Source: Octopus sinensis
Taxonomy: Eukaryota
DNA: 64,000 bases
NCBI RefSeq assembly: GCF_006345805.1
Contig: NC_043007.1
Coordinates: 620,001 to 684,000, forward strand
Direction: 5' to 3'
Below the pieces are notes generated by a model that saw only the letters and a list, made by a program, of their open reading frames with translations, searched no databases and was not told the origin of the DNA. Positions 1 through 14,097 of the stretch are shown in pieces; within the stretch, counting starts at the first letter, position 1; every line of letters starts with the position of its first letter. The position numbers and the translations under genes were made by a program.

Positions 1-377
1 CCTTGTATTTGCAAATATTTATCATCATGCACAAACACATATAAACACACCCATATACACATAAATGCACACATATATATATACTTAAATATGCATACAT
101 ATACACATATATGAACTGACATACATAGATACATACAAATATACATGTCCTCAAGTTGATTTCGAGCGTGACCGGTTACCCGATGTAGACATCTCTTTGC
201 ATAAGACCTGCCAGTGTTTCTACGACGAACCCTCAAGTGAGTACCTAGCCTTGACTTTGCTTAAATTTTGTTGTGATAAATGTACCCCTTAACTCTTTTA
301 ACTACAGTGTAGTTCCGTCCCGAAGCATTACTCCAGAGTTAATTTGAACCGAAGATGAATACATTTTTATAAGTAAA

Positions 378-564
378 GTGGTGGTGAACCCTGCTGTACT
401 CTTTCATACACAACGTTCTCTCACTCTTTCTTCCTGTTTCTGTTGAACCTGTATTTCAAACGGGCCAAACTTGTTACACCCTGTGTCACGCTGAATCACC
501 CCGAGAACTACGTTAAGGGTACACGTGTCTGTCGAATGCTCACCCGCTTGCACGTTAATTTCAC
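378..564 (+). mobile_element. tRNA-derived SINE family B, internal fragment
   Basis: Matches the body of the fuller copies at 27034-27395 and 52843-53189 (GTGTCACGCTGAATC...GTTAAGGGTACACGTGTCTGT...TTGCACGTTAATTTCAC). Confidence 0.8.
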
Positions 565-602
565 ATACAGTTTTATCAAAGTTATATATATATATATATA
601 TA

Positions 603-642
<40 letters not shown>

Positions 643-657
643 AGTTTATATATATAT

Positions 658-893
658 GAAGGTCGTGAGTTCAATTTCCGGCGACGCGTTGTGTCCTTTA
701 GTAAGACACTTTATTTCATGTTGTGCCTGTACTTCAACTGACCGGCTTTGTCTCACTGTGCGTCTCGCTGAATCTCCCCGTTAAGGGTATACGTGTCTGC
801 GGAGGGCTCAGCCACTTGCACGTTAATTTCAGGAACAAGCTGTTCCATTGATCTTATCAGCTAGGAATGTCGTAGTCGAAACCGACGGAGTGC
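658..893 (+). mobile_element. SINE with family-C head and family-B tail
   Basis: The 5' part (GTTGTGTCCTTTAGTAAGACACTTTATTTCATGTTG) matches the 55835 copy. The 3' part ending AACCGACGGAGTGC matches the family-B tail at 27034. Confidence 0.8.
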
Positions 894-894
894 A

Positions 895-926
<32 letters not shown>

Positions 927-929
<3 letters not shown>

Positions 930-1165
930 GATAGATCGCCAGCCAATAAACCTTTTTCTATTTTCTCTTTCCCCCTTCTCTTTTCTATTATCAATTCTCT
1001 ATTTTCGCTCCCATTTTATTTCTGTGCTCCTTTCTGTTGAAGAGCCTAGGTTCGAAACGTAAAAGACTTACTCACTTTCCACTTTCCCGAGCGTTAAACT
1101 AATACATCTATTTGTTGCTTATACCCCCCGTCTTCGTCGTTTTTGTTGTTGTAATTTTCCCTGTA
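927..1165 (+). mobile_element. Non-autonomous hammerhead-bearing repeat, family E1 (Penelope-like terminal repeat or retrozyme)
   Basis: Near-identical to 59385-59572. Contains CTTT-CTGTTGA-A-GAGC-CTAG-GTTC-GAAA-CGTA-AAAG at 1030-1065 and ends in (TA)n. Confidence 0.7.
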
Positions 1166-1170
1166 TATAT

Positions 1171-1245
<75 letters not shown>

Positions 1246-1515
1246 TAATTCTTTCTGCAAAAGTGCTTGTTTGCTATGTTAATTAAATTATGTAATAAAG
1301 GTACACACGTTTAGCTTTTTAATTAATCCCCGGTATTTATTTAAGTTTCAAAGAGGTTCAATGCTAACTGATTAGATAGATTATATGAAGATGAGGTACG
1401 TTGCTTAATCCTCGCTGATTTAGTTTAATTAGACATGAAGAGAAACCGTGTATGGGTGTAATACATATCTACAATGGATTGCCGCACATGTAGGAAGGAA
1501 AGATATATATATATA

Positions 1516-1822
1516 ATCGACCCCAGCACTTATTCTTTGTATGCCTAGTACCTTATTCTATCTGTCTCTTTTGCCGAACCGCTGAGATATGAGGACGTAA
1601 ACACACCACCATCGGTTGTCAAGCGATTTTGTGGGGGAAAACACAGACACACAAGCACACACACACACACGACGGGCTTCTTTCAGTTTCCGTCTACCAA
1701 ATCCATTCACAAGGCTTTGGTCGGCCTCAGGCTATAATAGAAGACACTTGCCCAAGGCAGTGGGGCTGAACCCAAAACCATGTTGTTGGTAAGCAAGCTA
1801 CTTACCACACAGCCACTCCTAC

Positions 1823-1824
<2 letters not shown>
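1516..1824 (-). mobile_element. tRNA-derived SINE family A (CORE-like), near full length
   Basis: Reverse complement of the copies at 21571 and 23826. Has the CCTTGGGCAAGTGTCTTCTA CORE-like block and an internal (CA)n. Confidence 0.9.
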
Positions 1825-1865
<41 letters not shown>

Positions 1866-3454
1866 AACACACACATATGTAAAGACGTTCTTGTGTGTAT
1901 GCGTGTGCATATTTTCGTATGTCTTCCATTAATATGCTGTATGAAGGGCAATGTTAAACTCAGAGCGATTTGTAATCAAGATACAAAAGATCGTAACATA
2001 ACAGAGAACTCTATTTGGCCTTTTCTTCTCACAGTTGTGACAATTCCTTGTAGATATGTATTACATCCATACACGGTTTCTCTTCATGTCTAATTAAACT
2101 AAATCAGCGAGGATTCAATGTATCTCATCTTCATATAATCTATCAAATCAGTTGGCATTGAACCACTTTGAAACTGCGCAACTTAAATAAATACCGGCGA
2201 TTAATTAAAAAGCTAAACGTGTGTATCCTTATTACGGGATTTAATTAACATCGCAAACAAGGAACTTTGCAGAAACTGAATCAAGAACAACATACTGAAA
2301 TATGAAAAATATATAATTTCATCTCACCATCCATCAATCTATTGATCTGTATTAATTTATCCATTCATCCATGTATACGTACATACACATATATTAAACA
2401 CACACACACACACATATAGGTATATATATATATATATACACGATGGCTGCAACTTATACATGAGCAACGATATCACTATATCACTTGAGAGCTCTGTTAA
2501 ATACGAGCAACCGAGATGTGGCCTTTTCATGTAACTAGTTACTTACAGTGATTTGCAGAGATGGGGCAACCGTAGGTACGTCTCTCAGTAGGGGTTCAGA
2601 GAGCCTACCATCCAATCCGACAAACGCCTTCATTCCATCAGGGAAGGTTTTAATAGAATGTTTAGCCGTTCTCGGCTACGGCCAGCCATAATAGCAATGT
2701 TAATAGTAATGCTAAGCGATGCTCGCGCATGAAGCTTCTTAAGATAATGAAAAAGTCTTTTACAGAGCAAATCCAACTCCTTGATCAACGTAACGATTTG
2801 CTCCCAAAAGATCTACGTTAGTGAATGATAAGGAAGTCACAGGTGTTATATAATTTAGAAATGAATGTCGAGAAATAATTTCAAATCCGGGTCAGTAGCA
2901 GCCAATATCTATATTTAGAAATGTGTTCAGAAGGCAAAGAAAAAACATACTGTCGATATGATAAACAAAATCATTTTTCATCGGAGGCCATTATAAATCT
3001 TAGATGTGCGGAAACTTTGCAAAGATCTCTTTCGAATAATATCTCTTCATTATTGGAGTTTTCCTTCTTTCTCCAGGAGAGGTGTCGAAAGACTAGGGCT
3101 CTTTCACTCTCAGATGTTGAATGGTCGATGGGTCAACAGAATTCAAGCCTTGTGGCTAGAGTACGAAAAATATTATTCTCATTCTTCATTCTTCTTCTTC
3201 TTCTTCTTCTTCTTCTTCTTCTTCTCCTCTTCCTCCTCCTCCTCCTCCCCTCCTCTCCTCCTCCTTATCATCATCATCATCATCATCATCATCATTGTTA
3301 TTCACACAGATACATGCTCACAGACGCACTCATATGTGCGTGTGCTACATGTATATGTATACACTTCGTATTACTGTCTCTTCGTAACCATGACTTTTTC
3401 TGTCTCTCTGTCTCCCTCTCCTCTCTCTCTCTCCTCTCTCTCTCTCCTCTCTCT

Positions 3455-3498
<44 letters not shown>

Positions 3499-4152
3499 CA
3501 TACATATGAATATATATACACACACACTCACATATAATTTTCTATGTTAGTATTCTATATCTACTAAAACATTTGCAGCAGGGGAATGATTTATGAGTAA
3601 TTCAACTCAAGCGCAGTCCCCCCCCCACACACATATGTACATAGAGAAACTCACACATACAGATATTTAAACACAAACACTTTACTATACGGGGACATTT
3701 ATGTGTATACATACTCACACATCCGAACGCACACATATACGATTATATACAGAGCCTGTTACACGCATATATAAGCGCTGAGGCTTGTAAGAGGCATGCG
3801 TTTAAAAATGATGCGGAAATACATAATGCAATGATCGATTTGGTAAAAATGCAAATGTTGAACCAAATCAATCATTGTTCCAATACGACATGCTTCACAG
3901 ATCAAAGATCCGACGCAAAATGTTCCATCCTCACTGCGTTCATATAAACCAGCGTTCACGCTCGATTGACCTTGATTGAATTGAATGTTCTTACCTCACC
4001 CCTTCGCCTTAATGTACAATGAACATATGGAATATTACATGTATATACATATATGTATATACATACACAGACACACACACACATATATATACATATATAC
4101 ATACATACACACACACATATACATACATACATACATACATACCACACACCAC

Positions 4153-4185
<33 letters not shown>

Positions 4186-5834
4186 ATATATTAAAGCAAA
4201 TATGTGTGTGTAGATAAATAGATAGTAAATATGCTTATGTAATATCTATCTATAGCACACACATATATACAAACACGGGTACACACACATACTCATGTGT
4301 GTGTGTGTGTGTGTGTGAGCGTTTTCTACATAAGGGGAAACCGCTTATTGCGAATGGTTTGGGACAAAAGCGATTCGATAACAAGACTCGACTGTTAATA
4401 ATACCAGGCTGATAACATTAAGCAGGGAATATAATAATGCCCGCATTTGTGATTGTAGTAACCGGAAATATTTTATGCATTTTAAATAGTGACTGTGGGA
4501 CTTTTACATTGAAATAAATGCGTGACAACATGTGCCAGGTTCTGGGGCCGATTTGAGGCCGTGGTGGAACCTGGCAGTGGGTAGTTTTAGTAAACTGTTA
4601 CCTTCCAAGTATAGTCTATTTGATAAGATTTTCATTTTTTAAAAATACCTTTATTTTTGGATAGGGTTATTGTTCTTTTTTTCCCCATTATAAAGACTGT
4701 CAAATTTTGGCCGAACTTCCTGTAATATTTGAAATTTTCAGCACACACACACACACACACACATACAGACACACACACAGACACACGCACACACACACAC
4801 TTATATATATATATATGGAGAGAGAGAGAGAGAGAGAAAGAAAGAGGGGGCAAAAGCGTGTCTGTGTGGTAAGCAACTTAGCACGGCCGCGGTCAAATGA
4901 TCGAAACAGGGAAACGATAAAGGATAAAAAAAATATTAGCGCACACACGCACACACGCACACACACAGCAACACACACAGAAACACACAAACACACACAC
5001 AGAGAAACACCCACACGCACACACACACGTACACACGCATACACGTACGCACATGTACGCTCGTACACATACATATACTTATGTAAAGAATTCCGATTCT
5101 TGTAGGCTCATTCTGCATTTAAAACTAAGGAGTAAGTGCAACTACCCACACTCGATACGGTAAGATATAACTAGCCTGGATATCATTGAATTTGTTGAAT
5201 TTTCTGCAAAAAACAGGTGATTGACTTTGAGTAGTACCTCTAATGTCTCAACACAAGGATGCAATTACCATACAACACAACACTGGGATTGATTGCATGT
5301 CCATAAAACTCAAACCCACTAACGGTGAAATTCTGTCGGGAAAATCTGTATAACCCTGAGTCGCACGAACATCACAGAAACCAAAAAGCAATCCACAGCT
5401 TGAACATGATGCCGGCATACATTAGGAACTTTGGTAAAGATGTAGGAGCTGAGAAGGGTCTGATGCGCAGCTGCAAACGTAACTTGAACAACAACGAATA
5501 TATTTGAACAAAGTCGAGTTTTCAAATATATCATAGTTAAAAGAAAAGCTGTGCTCTCCTCTTTGGCTTACAAACAAAAACCCACACAGGTACATTTAGG
5601 TATATATGTGTACATTTATATAGGTGTGAGTGTATGTACGCACATATAGGTGTATCGTTCTTTCTCCCCTCATCTCCACTCTCTTTCTCTTTTTATATAT
5701 ATATATTAAGATAAATATAGATACCGATATATAAAGAGAGAGAGCAAAATATATAGATGAATTAATATTCGTAGGAAATGATAAATGATAGTTGCTTATA
5801 CATGTATGTGTAAATGTAACAATAATATATATAT

Positions 5835-5890
<56 letters not shown>

Positions 5891-8127
5891 GTAATATCTA
5901 TCTACTTATATATATATATATATATAAGTATATATATATATTATATATATATAGATATATATATATATATATATATATAATAAGTAAATAGAATATTGCT
6001 ATCTTGCAGACATTCGGGGACATAAAATGGTAAATGCAGCAAGCAGGAATAATTTAATTCCATACAAATGCATAGTTTGATATTTCTGGCTTGATGTCCT
6101 CGCATACAGAATGAAATATGCCATTCACCTTACGCATAGAAGCAAGCAAGTTGCAGAGCATACACATACACATATACGTATAACATATACGTCTGTGTAT
6201 ACTTAAATATGCATCTAGTTAAATAAATATCTGTGTGTATGTGTGTTTGTGTGTGTGTCTATATATAGATGTGTGTGTGTGTGTACGAGCGCATATAACC
6301 TGAGTTTTTGCACCACCGGTCAAGCATAAACACTTTCATTCATAACCTGTCTCTTTATAGCGAGGAAACCACTGCACACCAATCTACAAATACTTCTTTC
6401 TGTCATTCTTTGTTTTTTCCTCTTTCATAAAAATAAACAAAACCAAAAAAAAAATAGCATTTAGGTATATCAAAATAGCATTGGTCACAGGATATGACTT
6501 GAAGAGAACTAAAATATTTTGGTAGTTATTTCTGAAGTTCTGTGAATTCTATACGGTTGGAATTTATTGGTTACTCAATCTTCGTTTTGTTTCATTTGTA
6601 AATGAATTTATACTCGACTTATTTATTATTTGCTTTGTAGAAATTCTCTTAACGAATGGAAATAGAATACGTTTATACAAGTCGGTTAGTTTTTCGTTTT
6701 AGTATATGTTGGAAGTTAATTCTTATTCCTGTCTTTTGAATGAAGTTTCTCTATGTTTGTAATTTTATTCGCTTTCATTTCCCTTGAAAGAAGTTTGAAT
6801 GGCATTCTAGGCCCATTATTATCTCGGCAGTGTGGAGAAGTGGTAAGATTTTGTAGGCTGGAGAATAAGCTTAAAATCTCTTGAATCTGAATTTTATTAT
6901 ATCTAAAAGAGAAGTGGGGAAAATAAATGTACAAAAAACACATACAAACACATAAAAAATAAAATAAATGAAAGATTTATTCTGATATAATGTATTGAAT
7001 GCAAAAGAAGATATGTAACAATTGAAGAGAATCTGAGTAAAATATCGAATAATTTTGTATTAAAAAGTTACACATCTGCGTCCGAATAGATATAAACCGT
7101 AACAAAAGCAAAATTCGCCCAGAGATATAAAAATGGCAGAATTACAAATTGTATAATCAATTGGGTCATAGGAGAATTTATTCAATGCTTTGATTTGAAT
7201 TCACTACATTTCGTGAGTGAGACACGGCACTGCACAGAGAGAGTTCTATCAGCCACAGATTAATAACCAATGGACCTCTGAGTGTTAGTCTGATACCATA
7301 TCAACTCAGGAAATTGGTAGGTTTGACAGTAAGAGTTTTAACAGATTTCTATAGGCCAGACTAGAATATTAAGTAACTGACTGTTAAAACATAATGCAAA
7401 GCATTTAAGCGAGAGATTCTATTATGAAAATACCAACGCAAAAGCAGTGAAGCATAGGTAGAGCTGCATGAGTAGGGATTTCGTTTCCCGGGCCTGGGTG
7501 TCTGGGATCGATCTCACGCATTAGAACACTTGGCCATGTGTCTTACTGTCTTAGGTTCATGTTGACGAATACCTTGTGACTAAAGCTTTGTGTGTTCGTG
7601 AATATGAATGTCTGTGTGCACAACGGTGTTAGGAAGGATATCCAGACGTAAAAATCCTGCCAAAACAATGTGTGTTTTTGTAACTGGCCGACTCCTATCA
7701 ACCGTCCTATCCATCCATGCATGAAGATGAATATTAAACGACGACGACGATGTTGATTATGATGATTATGATGATGATATCGATGTTTTACTTCAATAGA
7801 GAATTTTATCACAGCTCAAATGTTTGAGGATAAATTTTCTTTGCACTCTTTTTGAGTGACACTCGATTAAGTCGTACTCTAGTGAGTTTACGTGCCGTTT
7901 ATTGTATCACTCTCCTCCTTATGTGTATGTGTATATATATATATATATTTGTGTGTGTATGTGTGTGTACACATGTATATATATTATATATTATGATAAT
8001 ATATATATATATATATAATGTATGTATGTATGAATATATATATATGCCGTGCTCAAGTGTCACACAATGTATGTTAAATCTAAGGAGATGGTGTGAAATA
8101 TAATTGTTCTAGTCTTTTATACTTTTA

Positions 8128-8232
8128 CTTTGGTCGGCCCGAGGCTATAGTAGAAGATACTTGCTCAAGGTACCTCGTAGTGGGAATGAACCCGGTACCA
8201 TGAGATTGGAAAGCATGCTGCTTACCACACAG
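8128..8232 (-). mobile_element. SINE family A, 5' fragment
   Basis: CTTTGGTCGGCCCGAGGCTATAGTAGAAGATACTTGCTCAAGG...CTTACCACACAG is the reverse complement of the family-A head. Confidence 0.85.
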
Positions 8233-9257
8233 TTTAACAATTTAACTTATTGCTTTTATCTGTTGCTCATTTTAACACGTTTTCGATTGCTTTTGTTTTG
8301 CAAGCCTTGTTTTAAGGCTCGGTCGGTGGAACTACTTTCAGTAGAAGGAAGAATTCCATGGGCTCCATTCTACTACTGTTGAATAACACACAAAATCAAA
8401 CACTTAGATACAAACTACTAAAAAAAAATGTTTAAACAAAGGATTTAGTTTAAGATCTGCATCAATACTTATTTAATACTTGAATGCAAAACGATGAACG
8501 AGAAAAGGTGATTTCACTCGGAATTGAACCTAGAATGTAAAGCGGCATAGCTAAATAACTACAATGCCTTTTGTCCGTTCAGTTATTCCAGTAATTCTGC
8601 TTCGCATATCGATATCAATTGCTATAATAAGCACAATTTCAGCTATGATGGAGAGCATTGTACATGAATGCAATTGACTACGAGGATATATAAATGAATA
8701 TACGAAATATAATGCCAGAGAATGAGATATAACGGATTTATTATAAAATATGATCTAACAGAATGTAATAAAATGTGTTTTATAACAGAATATGAGAGAC
8801 ATTTGCATTGTAATAATTCGTATAATTTGCGAATCAAAATATCAGAAAGGTGGCGAATGCAACTCTGAAAGATAATCAAACGAAATATTACGCCAGTGCG
8901 TAATCATTTATGCCTCTTTACCGTCAAGCCATTATATTACAAGATCTATATCCATTCTGAAAATGGTGGTAGAGATAAAACATATAAATACATTGTGATA
9001 ATGCTTTATTCTTAGGGCTTAAATGAACAGATACACGTAATCTTTCGCCATTATGAGGAGAGTAAAACATTTAGGAATCGTTCTGCTCTCGTCAGTAGAA
9101 TTATATCGGTTTGGAAATGAAGCAAGAATGCATTATGCATAAAACCTCTGTGTGTGTACACACACGCATATATACACAAGTACGCACAGGTATATACACG
9201 TGCACACACACACACTCACACACTAATTTGTACACAAAACACGAATGTGTGTGAATT

Positions 9258-9390
9258 TACAGAAGAACAAAGGACGAAGACAGGTGTGTAAACAATAAAC
9301 AGGTGTATTAGTTTAACGCTCGGGAGGTGAGAAAGTCTTTTACGTTTTTAGACCACGCTCTTCAACAGAAAGGAACACAATGAAATACAC
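9258..9390 (-). mobile_element. Family E1 hammerhead-bearing repeat, degenerate
   Basis: Reverse complement matches 1030-1140; the core reads CTTT-CTGTTGA-A-GAGC-GTG-GTCT-AAAAACGTA-AAAG. Confidence 0.7.
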
Positions 9391-9400
9391 ACAGAGAGTG

Positions 9401-9453
<53 letters not shown>

Positions 9454-9911
9454 CACATTATTATCGTCACCACCAGCACCGTTACTACATAAATATACAT
9501 TGTATGTGTTTAGTGTATTATTTCCACTATAGCATTTATTGCAATTAAGCGGAGATTGTAATCAATAGTGTTAAGGTGTGTAAAATAATGTATTTTCTTT
9601 TTCTTTCTTTTCAAATTTCTGTACGTGGGAATCGGAGTTTCTAATTTCGCATCTCAAGCGGGTATGGCTCACTTGGTGGTGCACAACAACAGAAAGAGCA
9701 AAAACTGCTGCTGCTGCTGCCTGCTACCCACTACTAACTACTAACTACTACTATACTACTCTACTACTACTTACTACTACTACTACTACTACTCCTACTC
9801 TACTACTACTACACTAGACTTTTCTACTACTACTACTACTACTACTACTATCTATCTATCTATCTATCTATCGATCCTACTCTCTATCTATCTCTATCTA
9901 TCTATCTATTA

Positions 9912-9980
<69 letters not shown>

Positions 9981-10087
9981 GGTCCAAAAAGTGGGTACGT
10001 AGCCGCCATATATTTTTTTACTTTTACAGCATATATTATATATATATATAATATATATACTCTCCTCTCTCTCTCCTCTCTCCTCTC

Positions 10088-10141
<54 letters not shown>

Positions 10142-11028
10142 ATATATATATATATATATATATATCTGTGTTTATACATATATTAAGAAACTGAAAATGG
10201 AAACGCAGTAAGATGCGAAATAATAATAATCATAATAAAAAAACGTCGAAAATAATATCATTGTAAATCCTTGGTTAACAATGAAACAATGAAATTTGGA
10301 ATTACAAATCACGCATGTAAGCTATAATGGAAATCGTATGTGCCTACGGGATAAGCATTTCAATGAAGCATAATAGAAGCTAACAGAAATCAAGGAGGCT
10401 CTTTACATATATGTTGGTTACAGATAATCTGCTCTGAATGTTCGCCGCAGTAGTCACTGCTCTAATATGGTTGAATTAGGTGAATGAGTTTGCGTAACAA
10501 TAAGGGAAGCTTCCTCCGAATTTGCAAAAAGGATCACTAGATTTGCTAGAAATAGTAGCGAAATTGGTTCCCAAATTTTCTTGGTGTCTTTTATTGTTTA
10601 CATATTACTGTATTCAGTGGAGCAGATCGACCTAAGTAAATATGTATATTTTTGATTCTATAGACCGTTTTTAATCGAACCGCTAGCAAACTAGACCCCC
10701 AAGCTCAACGGTCTATGATTTATTCAATCAAAGACAAAATCTCTGGAATGCAATCCTACAATCCATTGTGACACAGCCAGTTTGTTAAATGTAGAAAAAA
10801 ATGCACCGAAAGTTAAATGATTGGCTAGTTTTCAGAGTCTTTCCCAGAGATATATGGGGACAAATTATTAGTTAGATGGTGTACTGATTTCTTTATACGA
10901 CCATCTCATTCAGAAAATGTTTTGTTACCTATCAAGTCAAAAATCACGTGATAGGGTAGTCCTTGCTATGGAAGTAGCGATGGTTGTCAGCCCCTGGCGA
11001 TACCGCTGACGTCTCCAGTTCTTGTACT

Positions 11029-12047
11029 TACTTGTTTTTCTAAAATACACCATAAATGTTCAATAAATTTGAGATCTTCGGACTGTGATAGTCAGATAAG
11101 ATGTTCAACTTCACGAGAGAGATCTTCGTGCCATTCAGTAACAACTTTAGCTGTGTGAATTGGTGCATTATCATCCTGAAGAATTGCGTTTCCCTCCGGA
11201 AACAGTTCTGCAACCAAAGGATGAATTTGATCAGATAGAATGCGTAAATAGTCTTGACTATTAATTCTGCCATGAAGGAAACCATTGGGCTGGGGGATTT
11301 CCATGGTATAGTCTCTCAGATCATCACAGATCATCCTCCATGTTTAACACTTGGAAGACAGCAGTTTGGGTCAAATGCTTCTTTTGGCTGTCTCCACACG
11401 TATGACTCGTCTGAGAAAATAACATTCTTCCATTGCTCAAGGGACCAATTCTTTAGGTTTTTACTCCATTCAAAACGCTTTGCAACGTTTGTTTCTGATA
11501 GTAGTGGTTTTTTTATTGCAGCCCTCCCGTGAAATCCGGTTTTATGCAAACTCCGATGAACAGTTTTGTGGAAACTGGGTTCCCGAGGTGCTAATTAAGT
11601 TCTGTAATAATTTTGGGAGCTGTACTTCTATGATCCTATCAAACAATTCGCGTAAGAGTCCGACGGTCCCTATCTGAAAGATGTGGATTTTTTGAGAGAT
11701 TTGTTTTAACGAGGTTTTCCCCTCTTTCCCAAAGGCTGTCATTACTTTCGAGACAGTACTTCTTGATAAACCAAACATTTCGACTATTTTCGTTACACTA
11801 GCACCTGCCATACAAGCACGAACAATTTGACCTCTTTGAAAGTCCGATAGATCTGTCATTTTAAAGAATTTTAATTATCTTTTTCTGATGATATCGGAAA
11901 AGAAATAGCTATTCTAGCAAAACCTTTTAAGCAACACTAATAATAAATCGAAAAACATAAAAATATATAAGCATTTGACGGTTTTATAGATATTTCAAAA
12001 TTATGATGCTATGGTAGGTGTTTCCGTTATTTTGTGCAACCCCTGTA
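11029..12047 (-). mobile_element. Tc1/mariner DD36E (Incomer-like) transposon remnant with left TIR, 3'-truncated, transposase pseudogene
   Basis: TA + TIR CAGGGGTTGCACAAAATAACGGAAACACC at 12047-12017. Stitched frames give MTDLSDFQRGQIV...FHGRAAIKKPLL...VIFSDES...QDDNAPIHTA...DLKFIEHLW. Exactly 108 nt (36 codons) lie between D (11170-72) and E (11059-61). Stops and frameshifts are present. Confidence 0.92.
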
Positions 12048-12319
12048 TATAGCAAATGAAAGACAGAAGATGGAATATACGAGATTTTATATATACACAT
12101 ACACACATGTTTGTATTTATATATACTTACATACTTTTATATATATAAATATATAAAATCGAAGCTCGTAAAAACCACATCAATCATATCTTCTCTTTCT
12201 TGTTTGCGTGTACTTTAAAACTGTATCATTTAATATGCTTCTTCTTTCCTAAGAAAGAAGGGAATAATTTAAAGATTTCACTCTGACAAAACCGAATGTT
12301 ATCCATATTGATTAGAATT

Positions 12320-12342
12320 CTATCTATCTATCTATCTATCTA

Positions 12343-12385
<43 letters not shown>

Positions 12386-12489
12386 ATATATATATATATA
12401 TATCTACTTACCTATCTATCTATCTATCCATCTATAGTCCTGTTTGGCTAATAAAGAAACTTATCTGTCCATATACCTATCTATCTATC

Positions 12490-12557
<68 letters not shown>

Positions 12558-12641
12558 ACTTATCTATCCATCTATCTATCCATCTATAGTCCTGTGTGGC
12601 TAATAAAGAAACTTATCTGTCCATATACCTATCTATCTATC

Positions 12642-12707
<66 letters not shown>

Positions 12708-12783
12708 ATATATATATATATTATATATCCATTTATCTATTTATCTTTCTATCTATCCATCTATCTATCTATCTATCTATCTA

Positions 12784-12849
<66 letters not shown>

Positions 12850-12870
12850 CCTATATATTTGTCTATCTAT
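12320..12870 (+). repeat. (TATC)n array containing a ~152-bp tandem duplication and two LINE 3'-end stubs
   Basis: GTCCTGT(T/G)TGGCTAATAAAGAAAC occurs at 12437-12460 and 12589-12612 within TATC repeats. Confidence 0.9.
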
Positions 12871-13186
12871 GTTGTTAAGTGTGAGTGCGTGCATGCATGT
12901 GTATATAGATGGTGCGTTTCCTGATATAAAAGACACTCTGCACTATAAAACACTATATATTTTGGTAATAGATTTAGAAACGTCTGTATTTGATCTCCGT
13001 ATGTCTATCAGGTATTAAATTAACCGCCACCAGGAAATGACATATTTGATACCGAGCAGAATATCAATTTATAGCATTTACTTATATCCATATCTGCTGG
13101 CATGTCTGTGAACGACTCTATTTTTTTGTGCGTACGTGTGCATAGCTGTTGTGTGTGTTTGTGGGAGAAAAGTTTGTGTGCGTGTA

Positions 13187-13217
<31 letters not shown>

Positions 13218-13370
13218 TTCGAGTGGTGGTATGTGAGCGCTTATGAGCTTACGAGTGCATTCAAGTATGAGTTTTTTTCCACTCATATTTCTATATCGGT
13301 AAAACTTCAATCTCAACATAACGACTTGATTAAAATATTTTTGTTTGTATGCATGTATGATGCATATACA

Positions 13371-13447
<77 letters not shown>

Positions 13448-13989
13448 GATATATATATATATATATTTATTACTATATATTTATTTATTACATATATTTA
13501 TTATTTACATACATATATATATGTATATGTGTATGTGTGTATATATATACTATATATTATATATATAAACTTGTTCCGTGTGTATTATCTGTCTTTCCTT
13601 ATGCATCTGTGAATAATGCCTACATGTGTATATTTATACATTCTTAAGCGTGTGCATTTGGGTATAATGTGTTATATTTTTAGATAAAATAGATTAACTC
13701 ACATAAATTCTTACCTCAAATAAAGATACATGTTTATGCGAGTATTATATGTTAATGTTTGTGTGTAGGCGTTCGCATGCAAAAGCAAAAGTGTCATCTA
13801 CGTAAGTATGACAACCACGAGATATCAGATTCGTCCTCACATCGTGCCATCTTATGGCGAAGGCAATTTCCAATAAACTTGGATTAACCGATTGGTTGTG
13901 AAGGAAACTGGGTAGATGAGAATCGCCGGGTTGATTGCATCTGTAGTTGGAAGGTACGGCCTTGTAAGAGGATGTGTCATACTGCTATG

Positions 13990-14097
13990 CCTGGAAATTA
14001 ATTTAGGGGCACATGTGTCTGTGAAATGCGTAGGCACTTCAGCGCTAATTCAGTTAAACGAACCATTGAATTCTCCTCGTCGAAACCGACGGAGACC
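13990..14097 (+). mobile_element. Degenerate SINE family-B tail
   Basis: GGGGCACATGTGTCTGTG...CCTCGTCGAAACCGACGGAG resembles the family-B 3' end. Confidence 0.5.

Noticed and set aside
2545-2700. Possible LINE RT fragment on the minus strand (DGRLSEP...GCPIS)
   Set aside because: Needs a frameshift and only two short motifs match; too weak without a search.
2921-3550. 209-aa ORF, the longest in the track
   Set aside because: The 3' 60% is translated TTC/TCC/TCA/CT/TA microsatellite and there is no recognisable domain. Only a small candidate exon is kept as a low-interest finding.
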